A stretch of DNA of 64,000 nucleotides from an uncultured delta proteobacterium (lineage in GTDB: Bacteria; Desulfobacterota; Desulfobaccia; Desulfobaccales; 0-14-0-80-60-11). Made by a program: the position numbers and the translations under genes. Below, piece by piece: positions 29,442 through 38,936 of the stretch (positions are counted from its first letter, which is position 1; every line of letters starts with the position of its first letter). The notes beneath the pieces were generated by a model. That model had not been told where the DNA came from, searched no databases, and saw only the letters and a program-made list of their open reading frames with translations. The DNA lies in contig CAWBPT010000037.1 in NCBI GenBank assembly GCA_963790655.1, forward strand, positions 642 to 64,641. The letters run 5' to 3'.

Positions 29442-30548
29442 CTAATTCTGATAAAACCGGCGCACCACTTCAATGACGTAATCCACCTCCTGGTCGCTGA
29501 GGTCCACGTGCAGGGGGAGGGAACAGACTTCCCGGCTCAGGGCCTCGGTTTCCGGGAACCCCCGGTCCTCCAGTTTCAAGGCTGCATGGCGGTAATAAGG
29601 CCTCCGGAACTGGGTCAGGACCTCCACCCCGTTCTGCTGCAGGTACCGGGAAAAGTCATTTCCCCGGCGGGCCCGGACCACATAATTTTGGTACACATGA
29701 TCCCGGCGGGGGTCGCCGTAATGGGGCAGCGCCAGATCCGGCAAGTCGTTGAGGCCCTCCCGGTAGCGCGCCGCGATGGCCCTTCTTCTGTCGATCCATT
29801 GGGGGAGTTTGCGCAACTTTACTTCCAGAAAGGCGGCCTGAAGATTATCCAGCAGGCAGGTGAACCCATGGCCGTGGTATTCCCCCGTCTGCCGGTCTTC
29901 GCCGTTGTACCGCATGCGGATGGCAAACTGGGCCACCCGGGGGTCGTCTGTAGTGATGGCGCCGCCATCACCGTAGCCTCCCAGGATTTTAAAGGGGTAG
30001 AAACTCCAGCAGCCGGCGAGACCCCAGGCGCCGGCCCCTTTTCCCAGCATCCTGGCCCCCAGGCTCTGGCAGGCGTCCTCAATTACCACCAGGCCGTAAG
30101 TTCGGGCCAGATCCATAATGCGCATCATATCGGCCATATAGCCGTTCAGGTGTACCGGGATAATGCCTCGGGTGCGCGGGGTGATGGCGGCTTCGATTTT
30201 TTCCGGGTCCAGGTTGAAGTCGGCTCCCACATCCACCAGCACCGGTTTGGCTCCCGTATTAACCACCGCGGAGGCCGTGGCCACGAAGGTGTGGGCCGGC
30301 ACGATAACCTCATGGCCCGCGCCGATGCCCATGGCCTTAAGAGAAAGGTGCAAGGCGTCGTAGCCACTGTTCAAGCCCACGGCGTACCTGGTCCCCACGA
30401 ATTTTGCCAGGGAGTCTTCAAAGCTCTTCAGCTGGCCGCGGTCTATCAAGTCGCCCTGGGACATCACCCCAAAGTAAGCGGCATCGAGCTCCTCTTTGAG
30501 CAACAGATAGTTTTTGGCCGGATTAACGAACCTGACCCTGTACGGCAT
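29442..30548 (-). CDS. DegT/DnrJ/EryC1/StrS family nucleotide-sugar aminotransferase
   Basis: SGYDALHLSLKA.G, VIVPAHTFVATA, and the family length and pattern. Confidence 0.85.
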   Translation of the reverse strand: MPYRVRFVNPAKNYLLLKEELDAAYFGVMSQGDLIDRGQLKSFEDSLAKFVGTRYAVGLNSGYDALHLSLKAMGIGAGHEVIVPAHTFVATASAVVNTGAKPVLVDVGADFNLDPEKIEAAITPRTRGIIPVHLNGYMADMMRIMDLARTYGLVVIEDACQSLGARMLGKGAGAWGLAGCWSFYPFKILGGYGDGGAITTDDPRVAQFAIRMRYNGEDRQTGEYHGHGFTCLLDNLQAAFLEVKLRKLPQWIDRRRAIAARYREGLNDLPDLALPHYGDPRRDHVYQNYVVRARRGNDFSRYLQQNGVEVLTQFRRPYYRHAALKLEDRGFPETEALSREVCSLPLHVDLSDQEVDYVIEVVRRFYQN

Positions 30549-31491
30549 AGAAGTTAAAATCTCCTGTTTCCTGGAGCAGTGCTTCCATCACCCGGGCGGC
30601 AATGGCAGGGGGCGACAGGCCGTAGATTTCCCTTAAGTAATCCTGGTCTCCCACTTCGCTGGAGAATCCTTCCTTCAGGCCCAGGCGCAGCAGCCGGGCC
30701 CTGGGGGCGGCAAGTTCGGCCAAAACCTCCGCCACCCCTCCCCCCAGGCCGCCGATGGTGCTGTGTTCTTCCACGGTCACCAGGAGCTGCGAGGTGGCCG
30801 CCAGTTCCGCCAGCAGGCTCCGGTCCAGAGGCTTTAAGGTATGAAAACTGTAAAGGGACGCCTGCAGGCCCTGCTCGGCCAACAGCTTGCGGGCCTGCAC
30901 CGCGTTCTGCAGGATGCCCCCGGTGGCCAGCAGGGCCACCGGGCCTCCGGCAAATAAGCGGATGGCCTTCCCCAGGGCAAAATCCGGCACCTGGCGGTGA
31001 ACTCGGGGTTCATTCCCCCGGCCCAGGCGCAGGTAACCGGGGCCCGGGGTTTGGTAAAGGCTCTTGGTCGCCAGGATGGTTTCAGTTACGTCTCCGGGCG
31101 CCACCACGGTCATCTGGGGCAGGGCCCGCATAATGGCCAGATCTTCGGTGGCGTGATGGCTGACGCCCAGAGGACCGTAGCAAAAGCCCCCGCCGATGCT
31201 GACGATTTTGACCTTGGCCTGATGGTAACAGACGTCGTTCCTGATCTGTTCCAGGCACCTCAAGGTGTTGAAGTTGCCGATGGAATAAGTGAATACGGTC
31301 TTGCCTTCCAGGGCCAGGCCCGCGGCAATCCCGGTCATATTCTGTTCCGCTACTCCCACGTTGAGAAACTGGCGGGGCAGCTCCAGGGCAAACCGGTCCA
31401 AGACGCCAAACCCCAAATCCGCGGTGAGGAGCAGGACCTCCTGATCCCGGCGGGCCAAATCCATCAGGGTCTCAACAAAAGCGTCACGCAT
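30523..31491 (-). CDS. Transketolase, C-terminal (pyrimidine-binding) subunit
   Basis: MRDAFVETL..LTADLG..NVGVAEQNM.G.AAGLA. The start overlaps the N-terminal subunit gene by 8 nt. Confidence 0.85.
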   Translation of the reverse strand: MRDAFVETLMDLARRDQEVLLLTADLGFGVLDRFALELPRQFLNVGVAEQNMTGIAAGLALEGKTVFTYSIGNFNTLRCLEQIRNDVCYHQAKVKIVSIGGGFCYGPLGVSHHATEDLAIMRALPQMTVVAPGDVTETILATKSLYQTPGPGYLRLGRGNEPRVHRQVPDFALGKAIRLFAGGPVALLATGGILQNAVQARKLLAEQGLQASLYSFHTLKPLDRSLLAELAATSQLLVTVEEHSTIGGLGGGVAEVLAELAAPRARLLRLGLKEGFSSEVGDQDYLREIYGLSPPAIAARVMEALLQETGDFNFYAVQGQVR

Positions 31492-32299
31492 CCTGCCCCC
31501 CCTCCAACTCGGCCAGGGCCGCGGCAAACTCCGCCCCCTGGGGGCTGCGGTAATGCCAGAGGACCGAATTTTCCATGAAAGAGACCCCCTTGCCCTTGGT
31601 GGTGTGGGCCAGCACGCAGGTAGGCCCCCCGGCCTCCCGGGGATTGACGTTAAGGCTGCGGCCGAGTTCCCGGTGGTTATGCCCGTCTACCTCGGTAACC
31701 CGCCAGCCAAAGGCCCGCCACTTATCCGCCAGAGGTTCCAAATTCAAAGTCTCAGCCACGGGGCCCAGGCTCTGGAGCTGGTTATAATCCACGATGGCCA
31801 CCAGATTGGCAAGGCGGTGGTGGGCGGCAAAGAGAATGGCCTCCCAGTTGGACCCCTCGTCCAGTTCGCCGTCGCTCAAGAGCACAAAGACCCGGTGGCT
31901 TTTGCCTTCCAGGCGGGCGGCGTAAGCCATGCCCGCGCCCACCGGCAGGCCGTGCCCTAAGGAGCCGGTGGAAAACTCCACTCCGGGGACCCCCAGATGG
32001 GACACATGGCCGCAAAGGGGGCTCCCCCGGCCGCAATGGTTCTCCAGCCAGTCCACGGGAAAGAATCCGGTCTCCGCCAGGGCGGCATAAACGCCGGCGC
32101 CCGCGTGCCCCTTGCTCAGAATGAACCGGTCCCGCCCGGGCCACCTGGGGTCCCGGGGACGTTTACGTAAGACCTTGCCGTACAAGACCGCGATAATGTC
32201 GGCCATGGACAAAACCGAAGCCACATGGGAGCTTTTGCCTGCATGGGTCATCTTCACCGCATGTTTTCTGATCTTCAGGCTCAGTTGCTTGGTATTCAT
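31484..32299 (-). CDS. Transketolase, N-terminal (ThDP-binding) subunit
   Basis: GHVASVLSMADI, FILSKGHA and GSLGHGLPVG..LSDGELDEGSNWEA. Confidence 0.85.
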   Translation of the reverse strand: MNTKQLSLKIRKHAVKMTHAGKSSHVASVLSMADIIAVLYGKVLRKRPRDPRWPGRDRFILSKGHAGAGVYAALAETGFFPVDWLENHCGRGSPLCGHVSHLGVPGVEFSTGSLGHGLPVGAGMAYAARLEGKSHRVFVLLSDGELDEGSNWEAILFAAHHRLANLVAIVDYNQLQSLGPVAETLNLEPLADKWRAFGWRVTEVDGHNHRELGRSLNVNPREAGGPTCVLAHTTKGKGVSFMENSVLWHYRSPQGAEFAAALAELEGGQDA

Positions 32300-32318
32300 G
32301 GCAGTAAGACTCCGGGAG

Positions 32319-32976
32319 CTACAGCCCTGTTTCTTTGAGGGCGCCGGCCGGAACCCGGCGCTTAAGCGATGCCACCGCCCTGCGGCGAGGCTTGAAAATT
32401 TCTCGGAGGGTCAGGAAAATAATTTTAAGATCCGTGGTCCAGGAGACCTCCCTGGCATACTGCAGTTGCAACTTTAATTTTGTGGGTCTGATAAGCTCCA
32501 GGTAGGCTTTTTCCGGATCATCCGCGCCGGCAAGGAGGGTCCCCTCAGCGGAATTCCAGATGGACGCCCAATCGGTTATCCCCGGCCGCAAGTTCAGGAT
32601 GGCCTTTTCTTCTGCGGTATAGAGATCGGTATAGTATTTTACTTCCGGCCGGGGACCGACGAGGCTCATCTGCCCCAATATCACATTGAGCAACTGGGGT
32701 AATTCATCCAATTTGTATTTCCGTAAGGTTCGGCCCACAAAAGTAATGCGGGGATCATCATCCGGGGTGGAGGGGCCGCCCATCTTCTCGGCGCCGCCAC
32801 CATGGACCGGAACTTGAAAATCCTGAAGGGCTGGCCAAAGCGCCCCACCCGCCACCCCGGTAAAAAACCGGGCCGCCGTCGGCTATCTTGATCAACAAGG
32901 CGACGATGAGAAACAAGGGGCTCAATACTATCAAGCCCACACCTGAGACACTCAGGTCGAAAAGGCGTTTGCTCAT
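32319..32976 (-). pseudogene. Small PglC/WbaP-C-type priming phosphoglycosyl transferase, interrupted by two single-base frame shifts
   Basis: AAGGAGG lies before ATG 32976. The protein reads [17 protein letters not shown] in frame [19 protein letters not shown] in a second frame, and [29 protein letters not shown] in a third. The junctions are near 32848..32857 and 32792..32800. Confidence 0.75.
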
Positions 32977-33028
32977 GGAACTGCCTCCTTGAGGGCGGGA
33001 TTGCGTTGCCGTCTCACCTGCCGGGAAT

Positions 33029-33805
33029 CTATTGCCGCCAAGATAACCGCCGGAGGTCCTGAAGCGCCGGCCAGCCATAGTAACCGGAAGTTACGGGAGC
33101 CTCGCCGCCTACCTCGAGGCCCGGGGGAAAACCGCCCCGGCTCTCGATCTTTTGCAGCAAATCGGCCAGCAAGGCCCCCCCTTTCTGCTTTTTCTCCAGT
33201 AACAGGTCGAAGAAGGTAGGAAAATCGCTGATGGCAACTCTGTCCCGGGCGAGGATCTTTCCCGAGTCCACCTTTGCCACCATTTCATGGATGGAGATAT
33301 ATCCCCAAGGTTCGTGGTTATATACTTCCCAGAAGGTTCCGAAGTGGCCGCGATACTTGGGCAAAAGTCCGTTGTGGACATTTATGGTGCCAAGTAAGGG
33401 TATCTCCAGAATCTCCGGTCTTAAAATTACCGGCGAACCGATGGAAAGCAGAATATCCGGCTGGATTTCCTGCAGACAAGAGATGGCGGCCGCATCGTTG
33501 ATCCTGGGCCAGGTTAGGATGCGGGTGGCAGTACCTCCCATAAATTCCGGCCAGGGAAGATGTAACCCTCGCCGGGCATCAACGCGGGTGGGGATATGGG
33601 CCCGGGCCCGCAATAACCGGATCATCCCGGTAAAAGACAGCAACTTGCAGGAAGCCGCCACCTTTTCCCGGAGATTGAAGCTGCGCTCCTTTCTTTCGGG
33701 CAGCATGATGATGGCGGAGATGGGGGGGCCGCCCGCATCCTGATAAGCTTTGGCAAAGACTCCCCCCAGGGGATCACCTTTCGTGGTGACCAGAACCAGG
33801 TCCAT
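33029..33805 (-). CDS. Formyltransferase-family protein (sugar N-formyltransferase-like)
   Basis: INVHNGLLPKYRG corresponds to the HxSLLPxxRG motif of the formyl_trans_N family. GAGGA lies upstream of ATG 33805, and the longer 33922 start was rejected. Confidence 0.7.
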   Translation of the reverse strand: MDLVLVTTKGDPLGGVFAKAYQDAGGPPISAIIMLPERKERSFNLREKVAASCKLLSFTGMIRLLRARAHIPTRVDARRGLHLPWPEFMGGTATRILTWPRINDAAAISCLQEIQPDILLSIGSPVILRPEILEIPLLGTINVHNGLLPKYRGHFGTFWEVYNHEPWGYISIHEMVAKVDSGKILARDRVAISDFPTFFDLLLEKKQKGGALLADLLQKIESRGGFPPGLEVGGEAPVTSGYYGWPALQDLRRLSWRQ

Positions 33806-34610
33806 CAATTTCCTCTGAGAGCAAGCGGGGTTGGTACCCCAGGCTGAGGATGAAAGAGACGAGATGCTGGAGCAAGGCGAAATTCTCGGGGCCGAGGCCG
33901 CGACGGTATCTCCTGGGCTCATTGGCGGGGACCTGCTGCTCCCCCGGCGGGACGAATTCCCCGGGATGGAGATAAAACACCAGCACCGGGGAGATTTTGG
34001 ACAGCCGCCGCACCGCCAGGGAGACGAGGCGGCGGCCCAGCACCCTGAGTCCGCTCATATTTATGGGAACGCATAGATAGGCGGACGGGGGCACTTCCAG
34101 GATGGGGGACTCCCCCGGGTGTCCCAGGTGCCGGGCGCTGGGATGGTACGGGGCTAAAGGGGCGTTAAAGTACTTGAGGTAGTTGCACTGCCCGTAGCCG
34201 AAATCGAAGCGCCGGGCCGGGACGGAAGAATCCAGCCGGTAACCTTCCTCGGTCAAAACCCGAAAGGTCGTTTCGCTGACCCAAAGATTGGGGGCGCGAA
34301 ACATCACCGGGGCCACCCCGGTTACCCGGGCGATGGCGGCCGTGGCTCGGGCGATGCACTGCCTTTGTTCTTCATAGGAGTTGCCCAGATAGTTTTCCTG
34401 ATTGTTAAGGCCATGCTCCCAACCATGACAGCCGATCTCATGACCGTCCTGCAGGGCGTGGTCCAGATACTCGGGATAATCCAGGGCGAAGCGCCCGGCC
34501 ACAAACAGAGTGGCGGGAAGGCCGAACCTCCGGCAGAACTTCAGCAGGTCCGCCAGCCCCTGCTGGGAACCGGGGATCCAATCCACATCAATGGTAAAAT
34601 AGAATTTCAC
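33774..34610 (-). CDS. Polysaccharide deacetylase (NodB/CE4-like)
   Basis: FTIDVDW..ATLFV.G..HEIGCHGWEHG. A GTG at 34610 with AGAGGA upstream is the likely start (the ORF track extends to 34688). Confidence 0.75.
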   Translation of the reverse strand: MKFYFTIDVDWIPGSQQGLADLLKFCRRFGLPATLFVAGRFALDYPEYLDHALQDGHEIGCHGWEHGLNNQENYLGNSYEEQRQCIARATAAIARVTGVAPVMFRAPNLWVSETTFRVLTEEGYRLDSSVPARRFDFGYGQCNYLKYFNAPLAPYHPSARHLGHPGESPILEVPPSAYLCVPINMSGLRVLGRRLVSLAVRRLSKISPVLVFYLHPGEFVPPGEQQVPANEPRRYRRGLGPENFALLQHLVSFILSLGYQPRLLSEEIDGPGSGHHER

Positions 34611-34700
34611 CTGAAATCCTCTAAGGCCTGGAGCCGGAATTAAAGGCAGATAACCAAGAGGGGGGCCAACTCTTAATGACCGCGGCACGGCCCGTGGTTA

Positions 34701-35807
34701 TCACGGTCCGATTTGCCTGGCTTTTACCGGGGAGGAACCAAACCTGGCCATCTTCCCCAGGAGAACTTTGCCCAATCCCCAGAGACTGCCCAAGCCGTAC
34801 GTCAGGTGCAGCGCGGCAAAGACGAGGGGCAGGGTGAAGAAATACCTGGGGTCCTTTGCCGCCCAGGCCGCCTGGGCGGACGCCGCCAGGTTCACCAACG
34901 TATATGACCCCGCCAGGACCAGGAAGGGCGCCCAGCCCCAGAGGCCGGCCAGGGCGAGGCCGGCCGAAACGCCCAACCCCGAGACAAAGGCCAGGGGGAC
35001 GAGATGGCGCCAGGAAACGGGCAGAAAGCGCGAATGCAGCAGCGGTAGGGTTACCCAGAGGCCATTCCGCCAGCTGTGTTTTAGAAAGGAGGGCAAATCC
35101 GACCGGGCGTAATAGCAACTGATAATATCAGGAACCAAGAGGATCTGGCCCCCGGCCTTTCTCAGTCGATAGTTGAAGTCCATATCCTCGGTGGGTCCCA
35201 CCTGCTCGTTAAACGGCCCCAACCTCTGCAGCCATTCTTTGCTGACGCAAAAAAAGGGTAAGGCATCCACCGGCCGCGGTTTGGAGTCATTGGTAAAGCG
35301 GTAGGAGGCATTGCCCACCCCGAAGGGATGGGACAGAGCCAGGGCTACGGCTCTGCCAATACAGGTATTGGTCCGGGGAATAATCTTCCATCTGCCGCCA
35401 ACACTGGCCGCCTTATGGGCCAAGAGGGCCCTGACGCAGCGGCTGATATATTTTTGATGATAAGTGCAGTGCGCATCCATGCGGATGATGATGTCACCTT
35501 TAGCTTGGGCTACGGCCAGGTTCAGTGCGGCTGCCTGGATTTTTTTCGGGTTATCCAGCAATTTGATAAAGGGATATTTTTCCATATAGTTCGTGACGAT
35601 GACTCTGGTGTCATCCAGGCTCATACCATCTGCCACGATTATTTCGAGGAACCTCTTGGGATAGTCATTGGCTAAAATGGAGTCGAGACACATATCGATG
35701 AAATTCGCTTCGTTCCTGCAAGGAATAATGATGGAGACCAGGGGGCAAGGAGCCATACCCGGTGCATTCAAGGCGGCGTTTGAGGTATTTTTCGTCATCG
35801 GCTGCAT
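34701..35807 (-). CDS. Family 2 glycosyltransferase with C-terminal membrane helices
   Basis: VSIIIPCRNE..DGMSLD..DAH, followed by a hydrophobic C-terminus. Confidence 0.8.
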   Translation of the reverse strand: MQPMTKNTSNAALNAPGMAPCPLVSIIIPCRNEANFIDMCLDSILANDYPKRFLEIIVADGMSLDDTRVIVTNYMEKYPFIKLLDNPKKIQAAALNLAVAQAKGDIIIRMDAHCTYHQKYISRCVRALLAHKAASVGGRWKIIPRTNTCIGRAVALALSHPFGVGNASYRFTNDSKPRPVDALPFFCVSKEWLQRLGPFNEQVGPTEDMDFNYRLRKAGGQILLVPDIISCYYARSDLPSFLKHSWRNGLWVTLPLLHSRFLPVSWRHLVPLAFVSGLGVSAGLALAGLWGWAPFLVLAGSYTLVNLAASAQAAWAAKDPRYFFTLPLVFAALHLTYGLGSLWGLGKVLLGKMARFGSSPVKARQIGP

Positions 35808-35837
35808 GATACCTTTCTGGTTAAAGGGTTCTTGGTT

Positions 35838-37637
35838 TCAATGGTCTCCGGATAAATGGTGGCTGATGATGTATAGCTGCCAGAGGCGAATCCAGTGTTG
35901 CTTGCCTTTCAAAAAATCCTGCCATTGTCCAGTGACAAAATCCTTAGGGAATATCCCGGAACGCTCCAGCTGCCGGAGACTTGCGGCCACCGGCTCCCGC
36001 AGTTCGCTGAGCAGCCATCGGTCGAAGGGCAGGGTGAAGCCAGATTTCCGCCGGGCCAGGATTTGACCGGGCAAAAGATCCTCCATGGCTTTAACCAGCA
36101 GGTATTTCTGTTCATAGTTGCCCCACTTCAAGGCAGGAGGCAGGCGCAGCACCAATTCCACCAGCAGGTGATCGATGAAGGGGACCCGGAGCTCCAGGCC
36201 GTGGGACATGCTCATGACATCGGCGTCCCGCAGCAAGGTATTTTTCATATAACCGCGCAATTCATGCCAGGAAAACCGATTCTCAAAACTGCCCCCGGTC
36301 TCTCCCTCCTCAGCCGGGGCGGGGGAAATATATCCCATCTCCCGTAATTGCCCCGGCGACCAGAAAGCCCGCATCCAGGAAAAGGCCTCCTCGTCTTTTG
36401 CGCTCCAGACAATCTCTCGAAGGCGTCCCAACCTGTCTTCTCGAAAAACCGGCAGCAGGTGGATCATGGGCTCCAGCACTTTCCAGCGCCGGGCTCTCCA
36501 GGCCTTGATCTGGCGGAACAGATCGTAGCCGAAAAAGAGCTCGTCCCCCCCCAGGCCACTCAGGGCCACCGTCAGGCCGGCCCCCCGGGCGGCTTTGCTG
36601 ATAATCCAGGTATTGATGCCGTCCACGCTGGGTTGATCCTGGCATTGGACGGCCTGGGGCACCGCTTCTGTCACCTCCCGGGAAGACAGGGTGACGACTT
36701 GGTGATGGGTGCTGAACCGCCGGGCCACCAGATTTGCATAATTCGACTCATCGTAGCCGAATGCCGGGCAGGCCACGGTAAAGGTCTTGGTTTCGGAACT
36801 CAGTCCGGAGAGCACGGCCGCGACGATGCTGGAGTCGATACCTCCGGACAGAAAGACCCCCAGGGGCACATCGGAAACCGTGCGCAAGGCCACGGACTCT
36901 TCCAGCAACCTTTTGATTTCTCCCAGAGCTTCCCTTTCCGTAATCGCCAGTTCCGGGTTCAGGGAAGGATTCCAGTATCTCGTCTCCAGCCAGTGCCGGC
37001 CGTCCCAGGAGGCATAAGCCGCGGCCGGCAACGTCCGCAGGCCTTCCCACAAGGTGTAAGGCTCGCTGACACTGCCAAACTTCAGATAAGAACTCAAACC
37101 CTGATGGCTGAGATCCCAGGCGCGGGCGGGCATCAAGTCCCGCACCGCTCGGCACTCCGAGCCGAAGGCCAGGCCCTCCGGGCCGCGGTAGTAGTAAAGG
37201 GGCTTAATGCCCAGGCGATCCCGGATAAGCCAGAGGCGCTGGGGGCGGTTCTCCCAGAGCGCCAGGGCAAACATGCCCCGTAGCTGTTGGACAAAGGAGA
37301 TGCCATGTTCGGCAAACAGCGCCAATATGACCTCGGTATCCGAATCCGATTGGAAGCGGTAACCCTTTTCCAGCAGGGGCCGGCGCAGTTGCCGGTAGTT
37401 GTAGATTTCGCCGTTGAAGATTACGACGTTACCGGTTTCCGGATCTATCATGGGCTGATGGCCGGCGGCGGACAGGTCCAGGATGGCCAGGCGGGTGTGC
37501 CCCAGCCACAAGCTCCCCCCGGGGGTTCCGCTCTGCCACTGGCCGGAGTCATCGGGCCCCCGGCGCTCCAGGAGCGTCAACGACCGGCTGGGGTCCAGGC
37601 GGAACCCGTCACCCATGAATCCCAAAAGACCGCACAT
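35838..37637 (-). CDS. Asparagine synthase (glutamine-hydrolysing) family amidotransferase
   Basis: MCGLLGF (Cys2 nucleophile) and the SGGIDSS PP-loop. Confidence 0.85.
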   Translation of the reverse strand: MCGLLGFMGDGFRLDPSRSLTLLERRGPDDSGQWQSGTPGGSLWLGHTRLAILDLSAAGHQPMIDPETGNVVIFNGEIYNYRQLRRPLLEKGYRFQSDSDTEVILALFAEHGISFVQQLRGMFALALWENRPQRLWLIRDRLGIKPLYYYRGPEGLAFGSECRAVRDLMPARAWDLSHQGLSSYLKFGSVSEPYTLWEGLRTLPAAAYASWDGRHWLETRYWNPSLNPELAITEREALGEIKRLLEESVALRTVSDVPLGVFLSGGIDSSIVAAVLSGLSSETKTFTVACPAFGYDESNYANLVARRFSTHHQVVTLSSREVTEAVPQAVQCQDQPSVDGINTWIISKAARGAGLTVALSGLGGDELFFGYDLFRQIKAWRARRWKVLEPMIHLLPVFREDRLGRLREIVWSAKDEEAFSWMRAFWSPGQLREMGYISPAPAEEGETGGSFENRFSWHELRGYMKNTLLRDADVMSMSHGLELRVPFIDHLLVELVLRLPPALKWGNYEQKYLLVKAMEDLLPGQILARRKSGFTLPFDRWLLSELREPVAASLRQLERSGIFPKDFVTGQWQDFLKGKQHWIRLWQLYIISHHLSGDH

Positions 37638-37664
37638 AAGAAGGGGTGGTCCTTATAAATTGAT

Positions 37665-38846
37665 TCAGACGTTCCCGGGGGAACTGGCGCCGACTTCCCG
37701 GTAAACCTGAAGATAGCGGTGCGCGGTTCTTTCCCAGCTGAAATTATCCCGCACCCATTTTCGGCTATGGCTGGCGAAGCCCCAGGGGTTTTGGGCCCGG
37801 GCCGCCCCGGTCTCCAGCATGGCCTGGGCCCACAGAGCGCGGTCCCACGGCAGCCAGCGCCCCAAACCGTGGGCCTCCAGGATCTGCCAGGGCGTCCCGG
37901 TACTGGCCAGCACCGGGGTTCCCGCAGAGAGCGCCTCCAGCACCACGTTGCCGAAACTCTCATGATAGGATGGGAAGACCAGGCAGGAGCTGTGTTGCAG
38001 CAAGGCCTTTTTCAGGGGCCCTTTGACGGGTCCGGGCATGATAACCCGGTGGGCCAGGTTCAGCTCCCCAATCTTCTGCCTCAAGTGATTGGCATGATCA
38101 GGATTGCCGCCATCTCCGCCGGCTAGCACCAACACCCCGTCAGGCTGCTTGGCTGCGGCCAGAGCCCAAGAATCCAGCAAAAATTCCAAGGCCTTTTCCC
38201 GGGAGAGCCTTCCCAGGAACAGAAATATTTTTTGGTGGGCCGCAATCCCCAACTCGGCGCCAAGGAGGTCCCGGGGCACGGGACTTTCGTAATCTGCCAC
38301 CTCCACGCCGTTGGGAATCCAGAGCAAATTATCGGACTTAAGATGAGGCTTAAGGCCCTGCAGTTCCATCTGGCTGGCGCAGATTACCTTTCTGGCGCCT
38401 CGCAAAGCTTTCCGGGCAAAGAGCCGGGAGTATAAATACTTGGCAGTGCCTCGAGTTACTGCCCCTCGCTCCCTCCAGGATGTGATCTTATTCCCCAGGG
38501 GGGAAATTACGTATGGAATCCGCAGATATCTGGCAATATTTGCACCTATTATGGTTCCCAAAGTAAATATTTCCCGGAAATGAATCACATCAAATAATTT
38601 AAAATTTTTAATTAGAAAGGATATCAACCCGGGAGAGAGGTCAAACGGATAAGAGAACCACGAATGGAAGATAAAGAGATGGTCCTCCTGGTTTCTTATG
38701 ACCTGGTTTCTGGTCCAGAGCAAGTTGGGGGTGCAAACAGTTACATTAAGGCCGTCGGCCCTCAAATAGCGTGTTAGCGCCCTGCCAGACGTAGATGCTC
38801 CATCGGATGGGTCCGGCAAGAAAATAGAATATAAAAGAATTTTCAT
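37665..38846 (-). CDS. GT4-family (group 1) glycosyltransferase, with a visibly AT-rich N-terminal third
   Basis: C-terminal E..G.V..EA...G.PV pattern (ESFGNVVLEALSAGTPVL). Composition changes near 38480. Confidence 0.8.
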   Translation of the reverse strand: MKILLYSIFLPDPSDGASTSGRALTRYLRADGLNVTVCTPNLLWTRNQVIRNQEDHLFIFHSWFSYPFDLSPGLISFLIKNFKLFDVIHFREIFTLGTIIGANIARYLRIPYVISPLGNKITSWRERGAVTRGTAKYLYSRLFARKALRGARKVICASQMELQGLKPHLKSDNLLWIPNGVEVADYESPVPRDLLGAELGIAAHQKIFLFLGRLSREKALEFLLDSWALAAAKQPDGVLVLAGGDGGNPDHANHLRQKIGELNLAHRVIMPGPVKGPLKKALLQHSSCLVFPSYHESFGNVVLEALSAGTPVLASTGTPWQILEAHGLGRWLPWDRALWAQAMLETGAARAQNPWGFASHSRKWVRDNFSWERTAHRYLQVYREVGASSPGNV

Positions 38847-38936
38847 CTTAATAAACTTCCTTTGAATTTAATGAATGACATGGACCGCTACAGTTATGTA
38901 TGAATTTAAATATCATAAGTTAAATTCAATATTATT

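Noticed and set aside
33806-33922. N-terminal extensions given by the ORF track for the formyltransferase (to 33922), csp (to 24989), DUF169 (to 18786), the transketolase C subunit (to 31527), the REC protein (from 2235) and the aminotransferase (to 29423).
   Set aside because: The extensions are low-complexity or overlap the upstream gene. Internal Met codons with SD-like sequences coincide with where the family homology begins.
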